NCBI GenBank assembly: GCA_027604505.1
Contig: JADIIX010000006.1
Span: 62,001 to 126,000 of the forward strand
DNA length: 64,000 nt
From: Gonapodya sp. JEL0774
Lineage: Eukaryota
Reading direction: 5' to 3'
Positions 27,508-40,934 of the stretch are shown piece by piece. Positions within the stretch are counted from its first letter, which is position 1. Every line of letters starts with the position of its first letter. Below the pieces are notes generated by a model. The model saw nothing but the letters and a program-made list of their open reading frames with translations. It was not told where the DNA came from and made no database searches. Made by a program: the position numbers and the translations under genes.

Positions 27508-30500
27508 TCATTTTCCCTTCCTTTTCCCACCACTCCTCCCCTTCTCCAGTTCTCCGAGTTTCGTTTTCAGCCGCATTTTTGCTTCTTCTCTATCTTTTTC
27601 CAAACTCACTCCGGCTTTGCTGGTGCTGCCTGGTGAACGTTTTTCTCGCTCGATTGCCCAGGTGGCTTGGGTCTTATGTTGAGTCTGGGAGGCTGCACGC
27701 TGTTTCACAGCACATAAATCAGGTGAGTGAGATTCCGGGAGGCTGGAAAGTGGCGGTATATAGTCCATCAAAAAATCTCAATTAAGGAAACAGGTGAACC
27801 CCAATTTCTCGGCCACCCACCGGTGATTCCCACAATAGGATTTGTCACAGAACCCGCATTTGCCAATCAAACTGGCTCTTTCTTTACACTTTAGAAGTGC
27901 ACACTTGCCACTGTTTGTGGGTTGAGGGACCGATACACCCGCACTGGCAGTGGTCCCTGGACTCGTTGGGGGTCTGGCAGGTGCAGGTGCCAGAATGGCG
28001 TCGACCAGCTTATCTACTTCCTGATCTTGTGTAGATTTTGATTTCTTCCCTTCTCTTTTGAGTTTAGTCTCTGGTGGTGTCAGGGAGCTTGACGATGAAT
28101 CTTTCGCCACAACACTTTCGACAAGTGTTTGCACCTGCATGATGTGAATCAGCCAGCACTCGAAACATGGCTATAACACACAGCAAAACTCACATCTGAG
28201 ATAGTCTCCTCAGCCGCTCCAAGCACCTCATATACATTTTTGGGTACAATCGGGGTCGAAGCTGCCACAATGCTCACTCCCATCTCCTTGGGTCCAACCT
28301 CTTCTGAGCCCGCCACATCCATTTCTTTTCTCCCGGTCATGGGACTCCCCGCTCCACTTCCGCCAGCGCTCTTCAAGTAAATGAGTTCAACGACGCCCGT
28401 TCGCACACCACTCTCTCCAATTAACCTCGCAGCAAACGTTCGTTCAATTGGTGGATTTGCGAAAACAATCTTTTGTTGAGGAAACAAGGTCATCGTATTG
28501 GCTTCGGAAGCTGATGCGGTTCGAATCCGCACTTGGTCTCGAGTATTGACAAACGAAAAGTCCGAGCGGTGAGGATAGGCACACCTTTGGACAAATTCGG
28601 CAAGTTCAGCACGGTGGATTTGTGGAGGCACGTCTAGAAACAAGACACCAGACACGTCGCGCAGATCACGATCGGTGAACGCTGCGGTGGAGGCTCTCGA
28701 AACAATTCCACCTAGAGTTTCAGTCCGAAGGGCTGCACGTATCGCCTTCACTCGTCGTCTGACTCGGCAGCCTTCCCACGTTGACGTAGAGCAGTCCACG
28801 GAGAAAGACTGTCCGGCGGATTTGACCACTACTCCCCTCGATTCCAGTTCTCCACAAAGTACCACCGCATTAGAAAGCTCGCCACAAGAGCACGCCACTC
28901 GGACAATCACAGGGCAAACGTGCGACGTCGGCGAGAGGGCGTTCGAATTTGGGACAGTTCCAGTTCCACGTAGAGTCAGCCCACAAATCCCGTCAGCGTG
29001 TCCGCATCGTTTTTCACAAGTATGATCTCTCGAGCATCCAGGAAGGGGCAAAGCGCATCTGGAAGTACACGCCTCAGTAGAGCACGGATCATCTCGGGGA
29101 TGGCACAATCGACGACAACCGTGTCGGGAACAAGTGCCGTTCGCCACAAGCCCACAAGGCCGACCACATGAGTATCCAGTTGAAGCGACTCCACAAGGTA
29201 CGGAGCTTGTCACGTGACCTGCATGGCAGCGAACAGAGACTCTGAAGGAGCACGGGGGACACTCGCGACTTTTCGAATGTCAAATACTTGAGCGAAAGCA
29301 CACATCTAAAACACACATCTCTGAGCATGACAACGATACTCACAGGTGACATTTATGACCGTCGGTATGTCCGCAGCCTCTTGTTAATCTGCAAGGTGCA
29401 GAGCACACTGGATCTGGAGTATTGCAAGGAATCGGTGGGAACTACGGTTTAAGACATGTTAGTGTAACTTCAGATAGCCAAGGTGCTTCTGTGAGCTCAC
29501 CGCCCTGACCCGACCACACGCACAGCTCCTTTCTTCCCACCCAACCTCCATGCATGTTCCACAAGGACCACGGTGACACAGCTGTTCGCAACGATGAAGC
29601 CCACAAGAGAGGAGGCGATTGCATGCATGCGGACATGGGTGATCTGTCACAACGCATATATAAAAGTCTTGCTGACAAAGGATTAAGATTCTTTTCTCAC
29701 TTTCACCATCAAGGCCCTTTCTTTCGCAACATCGTGTGGAGCATCGGTGTTTCCCACAGCTCAACAGAGTATCACAAACACGATTGCAATTGATAATGTT
29801 AACATTTTTCTCCGTCGCCGATGAGAAACCCGAGGGAAGTGCCTGACACGGAACAATGGACGTCTCGGATCCACATGCACACGTAAGTGTGACCTAGCAC
29901 ATGTCAAACAAGTGAAGAAAGAGTTTAATAGCCCCAATTCTGCTCAAACGTCTCACCGTGCCAGTACATGGCGGGCAAGCTCCGCCGTGGCAAACTTGCT
30001 GTCAAAACATAATGAGATATTATCGAGGGCGGAACTAGTCCCATGACAAACCTTGCAAGAATGACTGCCGGCACAACCTAGACTCCGCTCACACTTGTTT
30101 CCGCATGACGGTGCGACTGTCCCGCAATCACTACTTGAGGCTATACTGCACAGTGGAAGTGGAATGCAACATCATTGTCGCGTCAACGACTAAGAAATAT
30201 GGCCGGCACGTACCGGAGATCGTTCAATGTTTGCTTCCCGCAGCCACATGTCCCTCCTTTGATTCCTTGCACACACGGGGGACATCCGAATAGTGCATAC
30301 GATGTAGCCACCCGCTCATGACATAACAGTGTGCACTGGTGCACTCCACAATCTAATGCCCGGTTGCAGGGTTCACCACACGAAAAGGAAAGGACAGAGT
30401 CTGCATCGTCCGCCGAATAATCCCACATTCTCGCCGCAAGAACGGATAATGCAGATTCGCAGGGCAAAGTGCGAATTGCATGGCCGCAGTAACAGCGAAG

Positions 30501-31482
30501 GTCGACCAGGTGGGCGCAGGGCTCGCAAGTCCCTGACAATCACGGAGACAATTGGGAACTGGGGAGATCAATGTCCGATTCTAAATTACCTTGGTGACAC
30601 ACTTTTTCGCAAGAGTGCCGTCCACACGCAAGGAGTTTCCCACACGTTGCTCCACATGAGGTGCCGTTGTCCCAGGTGCCACATCTCGCCCCATACTCAA
30701 GCTCACCGCACCAGCATCGCCTCGTTACTGACATGGGACAGGGCGGGCACGGTCCCGGATGACAGGGATGCGAGCAGGGATGAGGGCAACGATTCTGTTG
30801 GCCCAACACTGATCTACCACCCACTTGACCTTTCGGTGGAACAGGAGTTCGGCGCTGCTTGTGACAAGATTTGGAGCAAGAAAATGGTGTATGAGAAGAG
30901 TCGAAAGGTGGGTCGATTGTTTGACCTGATGAAGCAAAAACTGATCAACTTGTGCATCCCCTCCGCTCAACAATGAATGTACCCACCACAGAAACACGTG
31001 CCAACTTTCAGTTTTCGCTCAGGTACTATCGTGGTAATTTGACAAGCCGGACAACGGAATCGCACCTCGTCTTCCGCGGACGAGTGATCTTCTTCCCCCG
31101 GAACTCCTTCAATATTCCGTTGGAGTCTTTTCGAAGATTCAGATGCCCATTTACGAATGCAATTTAGGTGAAAGAGTGCAAAGCATGTAGGACCTGGCTT
31201 CAAGCAAAGATTGGTGAGGTGACCACACTATGCTTCGTTGGTACGTTCATACGCACAAGGCCAGATGGAGGGTAACTTCGGCGTCGCCATTTCAACTAAT
31301 CGTCTCGGATCTGCCAAAGGTCCCAGGCAAACAATGCACTCGAGGGATCTAAAGAAGTTCAAACCGAGCCACCATTGATTGAACTCCACGATCATAGTTC
31401 GTTGTGACCACACCACTTACCCATCAGAAAGATCAGTCGTCAAAGACAACAGTAGCTCCGGAAGTCCACTTTTCGACGTCAT
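27508..31482 (-). CDS. NF-X1/FAP1-type RING + multiple NF-X1 zinc finger protein with a C-terminal AN1-type zinc finger
   Basis: MTSKSGLPELLLSLTTDLSDG|SLECIVCL; CFALFHLNCIRKWA (RING/PHD); repeated CG.H.C...CH.G.C..C fingers (CPHPCSHPCHPGPCPPC, CGKLLACGRHSCEKVCHQG, CNRLLSCGLHRCEQLCHRGPCGTC); terminal CALLKCKERASLIGKCGFCDKSYCGNHR|LPESH. Confidence 0.85.
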
Positions 31483-31705
31483 CAATGCTTTGCTCTCCTT
31501 TTTGTCTCTTCCTTCTCAAGTTAGGCCGACTATTCAACTCTACACGAGAGCAACTCATTCGTTGTGAACTTTACACGTTGTCACACATTAGTACACTAAC
31601 GACAGACCCAAATACAAAGGATTCCAACGAGGTTTGGCAAAATGTTATAAACTTCCATGTGATGAGCGAAATCCCAAAATATGAACACAGTCTGAATTCT
31701 GGCTT

Positions 31706-32542
31706 TCAACATGGGTCGTCTTCGTTATTGTCGATCTCAACGATTCGCTCTGCGATTTCCAGCGACCCTAACGCATTAAATACTGGCATCGTATCTGTAA
31801 AATGATTTCACGTCAGACAACCGCTTTCCATCGAAGTTGCAATAGCCTACCTTTCACCATGCCTTCCCACCTAACGATACGTAAGAAAAGATATCATGAG
31901 TACCATGAGAGTATATTGACTCTGAGTCAGTCCGTAATTATACTCACAAACTCCAAAGCGCTTCACCAGCTTTGGTGAGTTTGGCATGAACTTTCAATGC
32001 CCGTCCATGCACATCGGCCTTTTCAAGAGCATCTGTGACAACCTCCTTCAGCGCCTTATCGGAAGTCCACTCTGAACGGCTCTTGCTGTCGAGAACATCC
32101 GAGAGGGTAATTGTTTGCTTCCTCGCAGTGCCACCTGCGATGGTAGGGAGACTGGGGATACTTGATGCGGACGAAGTACCAAGAGCATGTTTGATACAAA
32201 GTAGATGTAGGACACCTGCCGGCAGCTTATCCGTGCGACGCAGAATAATAAATACTGTGAGTAAGCACACAGCTCACCTATTTGGAATATGCAAAACAAG
32301 ACAACTGGACCAGGCAATGGGAGTGATGGATTGACCTCGAGGAGATGCCTCAATAGCACTGTACAAGCATTCGCCGCCTCCATACAGGGAAGAAAATTTG
32401 GACTAGTGACCCTGTGTTTTTGACAGCAAAGTGTGTTGTCTCCTCTGTAACCATTTCGAACCTTGAGAGATAAAACGATTGAGCATACCATGTAACGTCG
32501 TCCAGAAAATTGCTGGTTCTCGGTCCGAGTGGAATCACCCAT
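31706..32542 (-). CDS. Hypothetical protein (multi-exon)
   Basis: ATG at 32542 (MGDSTRTEN), coding-looking exons (RTDKLPAGVLHLLCIKHALG...ALWSL followed by gtgagt), and last exon ...VEIDNNEDDPC* with stop at 31706-31708. No family recognised. Confidence 0.5.
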
Positions 32543-32639
32543 GTAGAATACACCATGATCGCCAAAGCAGCAATAGGAAAAGGACAGCTAGGCACCAGAT
32601 CGTCGCCATGGTCGGACCACTCGTAGTAGATTCGACCTG

Positions 32640-35600
32640 CTACGCGAGTTCCTGAACTAATGGAGCGGACCAATGGTGGGAACACCTAAAGACGTGGGAA
32701 AGCTCTTGCGTCGACAGACTTTTGAGTGATAGGTGGGGAGTTCGGATAGATCTCACATTCAAAAGTCGCTGGGTGACTTCCTTTATCAACATGAAGCCAG
32801 TTTCAGCCTCTGCACCACCTTGAGGCATTTGTTGAAGACTGAATCTCATAACCTTGCGACATCTAACGTCAAAACGTTGTTGTGACCAAGCACTTTGAAG
32901 AGAGAGGAAATTGCTTCGCCCAAACAGAACCCACTGGGTAGCAACACCAACGAAAAGGAGCCAGAACTCGTCGCTCGTGTCTGCATGCCCGAGAAATTTT
33001 GTATCCATAAACTGTGGGGGTTCTCGAAGCACAAGCTCGCTGGGTTGATTGGGTGGAGGTGATATCGGTGGGGGGTCAAGATTGAAAAATGATTCTCGAC
33101 ATGGGAGTAGCGGTGACGGCGATTCGGGAAGGATTGGAAGCGATCTCATTCCGACCGCGATTATAGCATCGCTGCACCAACACCACCTGCTCGCCAACAA
33201 TCTAAGATAGCACCAAAACCGTGCAAAGAACATAGAACAACGCACCACCATGCTCTCCGACGTTCCTCCTTCTCTACCCAGTCCACCCCGGTTGCAACGT
33301 CCAGTTCTCTGTTCATTCCCGTTGCTTGAGCTATCGCGACAGTACCCCAGTACCACTAGTAAAATTAATGTGTAAGTTACTTATTCCACTTTGTACAGAC
33401 ACTCACTCACCGACTGCCCAGTTTTCCCTTTCGATAAATCAGTCATGAGGAAGGTAGTCCACATGATTATCCCTTGCAATGATGCCAAACTTCCTGGTCC
33501 GACTTCTCGGACCCTCGCCACAGCCCAACCCACCAACCGGGAAGCACGTTTTGCGAACAGGGGACGGATGGCAGCTCGCGCAGGGTGCAGGCGACAGCCA
33601 ACCGAGAGAACTGAAAATAGAAGGAACGGGTCCACCTGTCCAGAACGAATTCGCGCCAGAAAGGTGGGCTTATGCAGGATGGATAATGCTGGACCGACAA
33701 TCCAACCACCGGTCGCTGTCAATAATAGCCATCAAGCGAATCCTAAACTCGTTACAAGACATACAGATCAAGTTGTCACCAACTTTCAGATCCTGGTACA
33801 TTCTCGTGATAACCTCGTTGATGACATCAGAGCTCGGTAGTGGTGGTAGGTCATCGAATATACTCAAACTTCGGAGGATGGAAACTGGCATTTTCACCGA
33901 GAAACCAGATGCACAAGAAGGAAACCCCCATATCTGGTTTCGGAAAAATTCAGTTTGGTCAAACGAGTGCCGAAAATGTGACGGAAGAACATCCTGACGG
34001 GTGCCAAAGCCGTATTCAAAGGGGAAACGAGAAGAGCATCGAGAGAGGGAGCCTTGCAGAGTGTGTGATTGCTGAAAATCATTCTGTTCAGGCTCTGTCG
34101 GGAGAGCGACGACGGAAGTATGTACTGAGCTATCTTCACGCTTCGTTCGAGTTCCAGGCATCATTATCCCTGCCTCCGCTTCAGATAACAGGGCGTCAAT
34201 AGACAAGCGGCTCGGTTGCCGCTTCGCTTCCAAGACGTCCGTGTTAGAAGTCTTGTTTGCATCTCTGTCTTGAACGAAGTAGCATGTGGAGTCGGAGTTC
34301 ACAACACTAGAAAGCTCTCGAGGCTGCTTTATAGATTCAGACTCCGCTGCCCTCACTCTCAAATCACCTTCCACGGCAAAGAAATGTAAGGATCGCCGAG
34401 ATTGAAGAGCAGTCCCAGTATTTGACTCTGGTAAAACTACAACTTCGCCCCCTGACATTGGATTGGAGTGCAAACACGTTTCCGAATCGCAAGAACACAA
34501 AGTTCTGGGTGTGTGCCCTAAATTGAGGCTAGGCAAGGGCTGAAGATCCAGAGAACACTGCGGGGTATTCTCTATGTCCATCGGTGCCTCAACACGGCGA
34601 CCCGCGCACTCGGCACGCAATCGCATCGATGGGAGTTCCGGAAGGTTGGACGGCTTTCGCGCGGGCACTCCAGGGATATGTGATCTCTCGATTTGTAAAT
34701 TCGATTTGCGTGTGGATGACTCACTTTCTGCCGCACCAAGATGCAAACAGAATGTTTCAGAAACACGCGTCTCTAGCGATGGTGGCATTTGATGCGGGTG
34801 AGAGGGAAAGCGTTGGTACTCTTGCTGAGACATTTCACTTGGGTTCGTTGTCACAGAGTGAAGGCGTGATTGGAGAGGCAGCCCCATCGTCGACAATTGC
34901 CCGGTGGCCACCTCGAGTAGAGGACTCGAGTCACTTTGTTCAAACACTTCCAGAGGTGTTGATTCCGGCGCAGGGCTTGGATAAGCTGCTGTATACGTTA
35001 TATGCGAGCCTTCATAAATAATGTTGGATTGTACGGATGCAGTGGCGGACGCTGTGTTTAACACTCTCGGCACCGCTGCGAATGGGGTGTGGTTGACAGA
35101 AGACCACAAGTCACGCGGGAGGTAGTTGACAGTCGCTGAGGCTCCCAGGTCATAAATGGGCGGCGGCTGGCGCAAGTTGTGCAGAGATAATGCGGGGAAT
35201 CGAGTACTGCGCTCTTGTAACTGGCTCAAATTATTAGATGATGGCTCATAGCTTGGATGAACGGACGGGTTGCGTAGCCCAGGTGCACCAAGGTCGTCTC
35301 CTGCTGACTGCCTGGGACTTGGGAGAACAAGATCCTTGGTGTTAGTTGGCCAAAATGGACACGGTAGCTCTTCTATGCTATGAGACGACAAAGCATGCGA
35401 AATGTGAGCGAGTCTCGCATCATCCACGTCGGAATGTGTTGGGGGGTGAAAGTCCTGCAGAATAGGTGGGGCGGCCAATCTTCGGTGCGACGTATCGTTC
35501 GAACCAAGAAGAAGTTCAGAAGAGAGCGAAGAGCCAGACTCTGATTGTGGTGTCACAGCGGGAAGTACAAGCTCCTCGGACCCCATCGCTCGCTTCAGCC

Positions 35601-36285
35601 GTCGCCGCTGGGGATTGCATGGGGGAACGGCTGTTAATGAAGATTCAAGGATACAGAGACTCCTCCTGGTTTCCCCAATACCACGACACTTTCCTCATTC
35701 CGACCGTACCAAGTCTGATTCGAATCTCACGGGGCCCTTCACCTCTGCTCGCGAGGGGATGGACTCGTCACCTCTGTTTGTGAGGGGATGTTTCTCAAAA
35801 TTTTCAAAATTGCCTGTCATGGCATAAGTGACAAGCCCATATACTCGCTGACACATCCACAAATGGATACTTGGTGTTGCAGAGGCACCGGAACACTCAC
35901 TAGTCTGCTGGAGCGATCAGAATTTGGATTTGGCGGAGGTCCCCGTGGCTTCTGGACCCAGTCATAATTACACGCAAGATTTCGTGCTTCACAATACGAG
36001 CAATGTGGCTGCCGGGCATCGCACCTTGTCAAAGTTTCATGAGTGGGTGTGGTGCCAGACAATTGAGTCGAAGTCCGAAACGATGCTTTTCTTTCGGTCA
36101 TTGGTCACAACCCACTTCGTTTTTGCCATCTTGCAGGTCAAACAGGCTTTCGAAACTTTGTCGGTAGGTCGCCCGTTTGTGTTCCGGCATCGCTTGCCCT
36201 CCCCATTCACCACCCCATCTGCAGTCTCCAGTTTCCGCTTGAAACTGCTTCGATGACGATTTTCACGGGGCGGATTTGCTTCCAT
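32640..36285 (-). CDS. Zn(II)2Cys6 fungal transcription factor with fungal-specific TF (middle homology) domain; 3' end approximate
   Basis: KVSKACLTCKMAKTK|CDARQPHCSYCEARNLACNY (Zn2Cys6 signature split by an intron); ILHKPTFLARIRSGQVDPFLLFSVLSVG; WVEKEERRRAWW near 33250-33290. Confidence 0.9.
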
Positions 36286-36550
36286 CAATGGCGAGGATCG
36301 GAAGAAGTGATCACTTTTAACATGGATTGTGCCTCACATGTAGTCGCCAGTGATGACTGAAGTGCTGACCGCCAAGTCACTCCTTATTTCTATTTCATTT
36401 GGCGATGCACCGGTCATCCTTGGGCTGCAGATTTAGTTTGATGTTACAAATTTTCCTACAAAGAAACTTTGGAATTCTTGCACAGAACTTTGATCAGCTC
36501 CTGAAAACACCCAGCGACTGTCACCACTTCCGTCAGAGAGAGGAAATGAC

Positions 36551-38018
36551 TCAATAGCCTGCAGGCATGCCTTTACCAATGGACTGTAGTCATGAATCAC
36601 AAAAGTTACCTGGAAGTGCTTTCGGACAAAACCGGTGATTATTGATGAGACTCACCTTCAGCGTTCTCATCTTCAACCACTCCCCTGCAGTTGGCGCCTC
36701 ATCGCGTCGTGGGGCTTCTGAGTCTGCACTCTCAATCTTTACATCAGTGTCAACCGGGATCATTGGAGATGGTATTGGAACGAGTCGTGTCGAAAATGAC
36801 GGTCCTGCAGGCATTATGCGATATGCTCACGGACATTGTTTAGGAGACAAGGGAATGACTAAACATGAAATGCTTACGGACAAAGTTGGCGATTGAGTAA
36901 CGCCGCTGGTTGCGCTTGCTCACGTTGGTAGGTGGTACAACCCTGTGCATTGTGGATTTCAGAAACCCATTCGACCAGAATTGAATCATGTCCCCTCTAG
37001 TTGTGATTGTCAATCCCAATTGACCATGGGGATTGAGCATTACCTGTTAACCGGTGACGCATGTTACTGGTCAAACCCCAACGCGCTCACAGGTTGACCA
37101 CAATAGCTCCTTCAACAGGCGGTACCTCCACCCATTCAAGGGTTTTGGGCAACCGAATTTGCAGACCACCAGTGTCATCACTAAATAGCGTCGTGATGGA
37201 CCCAAAATCTGTGTGACTAGTTTCAAGGATTCTTGAGAATTTTTGAGGTCGCACCATGCACGATCGCAACGCACGCTCCTATCCGCAGAGCCCCATCGTC
37301 CACTGCGTCAGCTTCTTGCGGCGGTGGGTAATGGAGAATGCGGAAAGTGTCTCCGCTAACGGCATCATAATTGTGGCTTTCATCGAAAAATCGATATCCA
37401 GGAGTTCCATCCGGTTGGTCGGGGATGCGCAGACCAATCGCGATGAGTTGTAAAATTCGTAGAGCAAGTGAGTGGGATGCCTGTAACGAGAGAGAGTCAG
37501 AAAAAAACGGTTTGGATGTTGGATCACACGATTGAAACTACCCGCGAGAACCACTCAAGCTCGTTCCAATGGGCTTTAAAATACTTCGGATGTTCCCTAT
37601 CGTCGAAACCCGGATGTTGATGACCCCACTACAGCAGTTGAACACAGATGTTTAAGAGGTTTCCTAAATCCCCTCAACACACCATTGATCTCACTTTTGC
37701 AAAATTGTAGACTTCTTTGTTGTCAGGGCGCCCAGAGGGGTCTAATATCTGTCCTCCCACACCGTTGTACCCAATATACGTCTTGTCCATCCAGAACGGT
37801 AACTTTTCACTCTGGGGTTGCTCAAAGTATCCACGAGCGAGCTCGAACACGCGAGAAACGCGATCGGGAGGAATTTGCAGCCCCGTCACGTAAATGAATC
37901 CAACCTCGTTTGATGCTTTCACCACCTGGTCCGCTAATGCGCGAGCTCCCTGCAGATCATGTTCCGGATCGAATTGAGATATGTCGATAATCTGGAGTGG
38001 AAGATCTTGAACGGGCAT
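36551..38018 (-). CDS. 2-oxoglutarate/Fe(II)-dependent dioxygenase (isopenicillin N synthase/DIOX_N family)
   Basis: LQIIDISQF...[16 protein letters not shown] (DIOX_N); [11 protein letters not shown] (HxD); [31 protein letters not shown] (distal His); RYS 2OG-binding motif. Confidence 0.93.
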
Positions 38019-38058
38019 GGTGAGGTGTGGGCAAACAGTGGGCACTTCAGTTGTGGTT

Positions 38059-38075
38059 CGGTTGTAATTTATCCG
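38059..38075. promoter_or_regulatory. Inverted CGG-N11-CCG (Zn2Cys6-type site) in the ~100-bp divergent promoter of the dioxygenase and SDR genes
   Basis: Sequence CGGttgtaatttatCCG lies between the ATGs at 38018(-) and 38122(+). It matches the Gal4-type spacing but is short enough to arise by chance. Confidence 0.3.
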
Positions 38076-38121
38076 GCGACCACTGGTGGGCCATTGTCTG
38101 TTTCTGAACACGACGTCTCAG

Positions 38122-39876
38122 ATGGCACCAGCGACTGCCGTACGGCCGTTACGCCTCGTCAACGAATCCACCGGTCTGGGCCGCGTTTGGTAAGAAATCG
38201 TCGAGAAGTGTTGCTGAAATTTTCCAACGGTTGCACTTACGACAAACTCGAACACGATCTGCGATCCGGCGCGATTTTTTCCAATGTACATAGTCTGATC
38301 TCCGGTAGCGGGAGTGGATGGGGACTCGGTGCAACAGCGGGTAGATGTTGAGTGCGACGTACGTAGAAGGAGTTTGATGATTGATAATGCGCGAAAATTT
38401 ACACAGCAAAGCTGCTCGCTTCGGAGGGGGCACGAGTTGTCATCACGGATCTTCCTTTTCAAGAGGCCACGGCTCTCCAAACTGTTCAGGGTAGAGTTCG
38501 GTCCCGACTCTTCCCCTCTGCTCACATCACGGTCTTATCCTTTGCACTCCATTTTAAAAACTGACAGAAATCAACCTGGCAGGGCCAGGCCAGGCCACGT
38601 GGGTGACCTTGGATGTGAGCAAGGAGGACCAATGGGAGAGTGCAATAAAGCACGCCGAAGACATGTTCGGGCCACTTGATGTACTCATCAACAAGTAAGT
38701 CGAAGAGGAATGTTTGCAAGTTCTCTGACAACTATTGAGACTCTCTGCCGTGTTTCTTGTGATCGTATGCTCAGTGCCGGGCTGGGATCCGAAAGCAGTT
38801 CACTGGAGGAGAAGACTTTGGACGAGTGGCGTTCAAGAATCGAAACGTAGGCGCTGCACTCTCTTACTCTCGTCACATGAGAAGAAGCCCGCTATTCTCA
38901 TTTGCCATTCCCCTTCGAAAAGCAACCTTGACGGCACGTTCCTCGTGAGTCCCTACACACGACGTAGAAAACTTGTCCTCAATCATTCTCGTGTTGACTT
39001 TAATACGACTTAGGGCACAAAGCACGTGAGTCCAGGAGTACCCTTCATCTGAGAATATGGAAGACTCATTTCGGTTGAAGGCTATTCGTTCAATGAAGAA
39101 GAACACAGGGAAAGAGAGCAGATCCATCATTAACGTCTCATCTGTTATGGGACTTGTAGGAGGCTTTGGTGGGAGAAATGCTGCATATGCAGCCTCCAAA
39201 GGTGATACTGATTCGCGAATATCTTTGGAGAATTGAACAGTTAGGTGCAACGCTCGTCGCGCAATTTCCGATCAGGAGGCATCCGCACTTTCACGAAATC
39301 AGCAGCCATCTACTGTGCGGAACAGAATTTGAATGTGCGGGTAAATTCGGTGAGTAAGGAACGGGGGTACTCGGGTGTGGTTGGGATAACAGGGTTGTTG
39401 TCCAGCAGGCGCGTAAAGTGTCTCAATCAGGATTCATTTCTTAGTTCTCTCTCTAGTTTATGTGAAAGTCCCCCGGTAATGTTTTGCACTCTCTTTTCCG
39501 TGGGTTGTGGGGGTTTTAGGTTCACCCTGGTCTCGTCGAAACGCCATTGACACGGGGTGTGATGCAACGTCAAGGCGCAGATTTTGGAGAGTACGTGAAG
39601 CAAACGACACCATTGAAGCGAGGTAACCTCCAATGTTTCCTTTTGCTCGAGGGAGCAGTTCTTGGTTCTACTCATCCGAACGTTGCCTTCACAAATAGTG
39701 GGTACCCCCAAAGAAATCGCCAATGTGTTTTTATTTTTGGCATCGGATGAGAGCTCGTACATTACTGGAGCTGAAGTAAGTGTTGAGAAATCACGCAATG
39801 TTTTGCTGGTTGGATCATTCCTTGCATTCCTTGCTTCGCACAGATCACAGTAGATGGTGGCCATACTGCTCAGTGA
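38122..39876 (+). CDS. Classical short-chain dehydrogenase/reductase (3-alpha/20-beta-HSD / cyclopentanol dehydrogenase-like), about 12 introns
   Basis: [63 protein letters not shown] (YxxxK), [33 protein letters not shown]. Confidence 0.93.
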
Positions 39877-40031
39877 TAAACAACGTCAGAGCAAAGAAAA
39901 CCTGAGAATTTAGATCGTGCGTAGAGAAATTATTTCATTTTGAGTTTGTCAGAAATCCCCGGAACCGGCCACAGCCGACCAGACTTGCCCACGATCGTCC
40001 TCTCCACAATACGCATTTGCAGTCGTCCCAA

Positions 40032-40934
40032 ATGTCCAACTTGAGTACAAAACGCTTGACAAAGGAACTAGCCGACTTGCAGAAGAAGCCTCCTGGAGGC
40101 GTCTCACTGGAGACTGCTGATAATCTATCACAGTACGTGCCAACATCTGGGGCTGCAGGACGTTTCATTTGAGAAAGAAGATGCACTGGGTTCTCTGATT
40201 CATAAATGGTTCGTCGTTCCCTCTCCGCGGTTAGATGGGTGGTGCGAATGGAAGGTGCCCCCAGCACGCTCTATCAAGGCGAGTCGTTTTGGTTGAAGGT
40301 ATGTACATGGCAAGGCATCCTCGTGATGAGATGGATCGGACTTGCTGTAGGCGATTAGTGGCCATCAATGGACCAGCACAATGCCAATCAAGTTGAGCTT
40401 CCATATGTTAATCCTTTGGACCTGAAAGTGACGACCAGCTCATCGCACAAATCCACCCTTCCCTCTTGCAGTTCACTTTCCCATCGAGTTATCCCCTCGA
40501 ATCACCCGAAGTCGTTTTCGTCCGCAACGTACCCGTACACCCTCACATCTACTCCAACGGCCACATTTGCCTCTCCATCCTCTACGACCAATGGAGTCCA
40601 GCCTTGACAATCGGTAGCGTTTGTCTCAGTATTCAAAGCATGCTCAGTAGCTGCGCGAAAAAGGTGAGGAGATAGTTGACAAGTAACTATGGACCTTCCC
40701 GTTCCTTTGGTTCACTCACTGTCTCGTCATTTTTTCTGGTCTCTCCGCGACAAAAACTGCCCAGGAACGCCCCCCCGACGACGCACGCTACGTCGCGCAC
40801 GCGAGCAAATCGCCCAAGCAAACAAACTGGGCGTTTCACGGTTGGTACAACTCTGCTTTATTCTACTCATCTACGGTCGATGACATACTGAAATTTGACC
40901 ACAACGCCGCCCAACTGCAGATGATTCCGTATGA
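40032..40934 (+). CDS. UBE2W: Ubiquitin-conjugating enzyme E2 W
   Basis: KRLTKELADLQKKPP, FTFPSSYPLESPEVVF, PVHPHIYSNGHICLSILYDQWSPAL...VCLSIQSMLSSC (HPH rather than HPN, typical of UBE2W), C-terminus WAFH|DDSV*. Confidence 0.92.
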
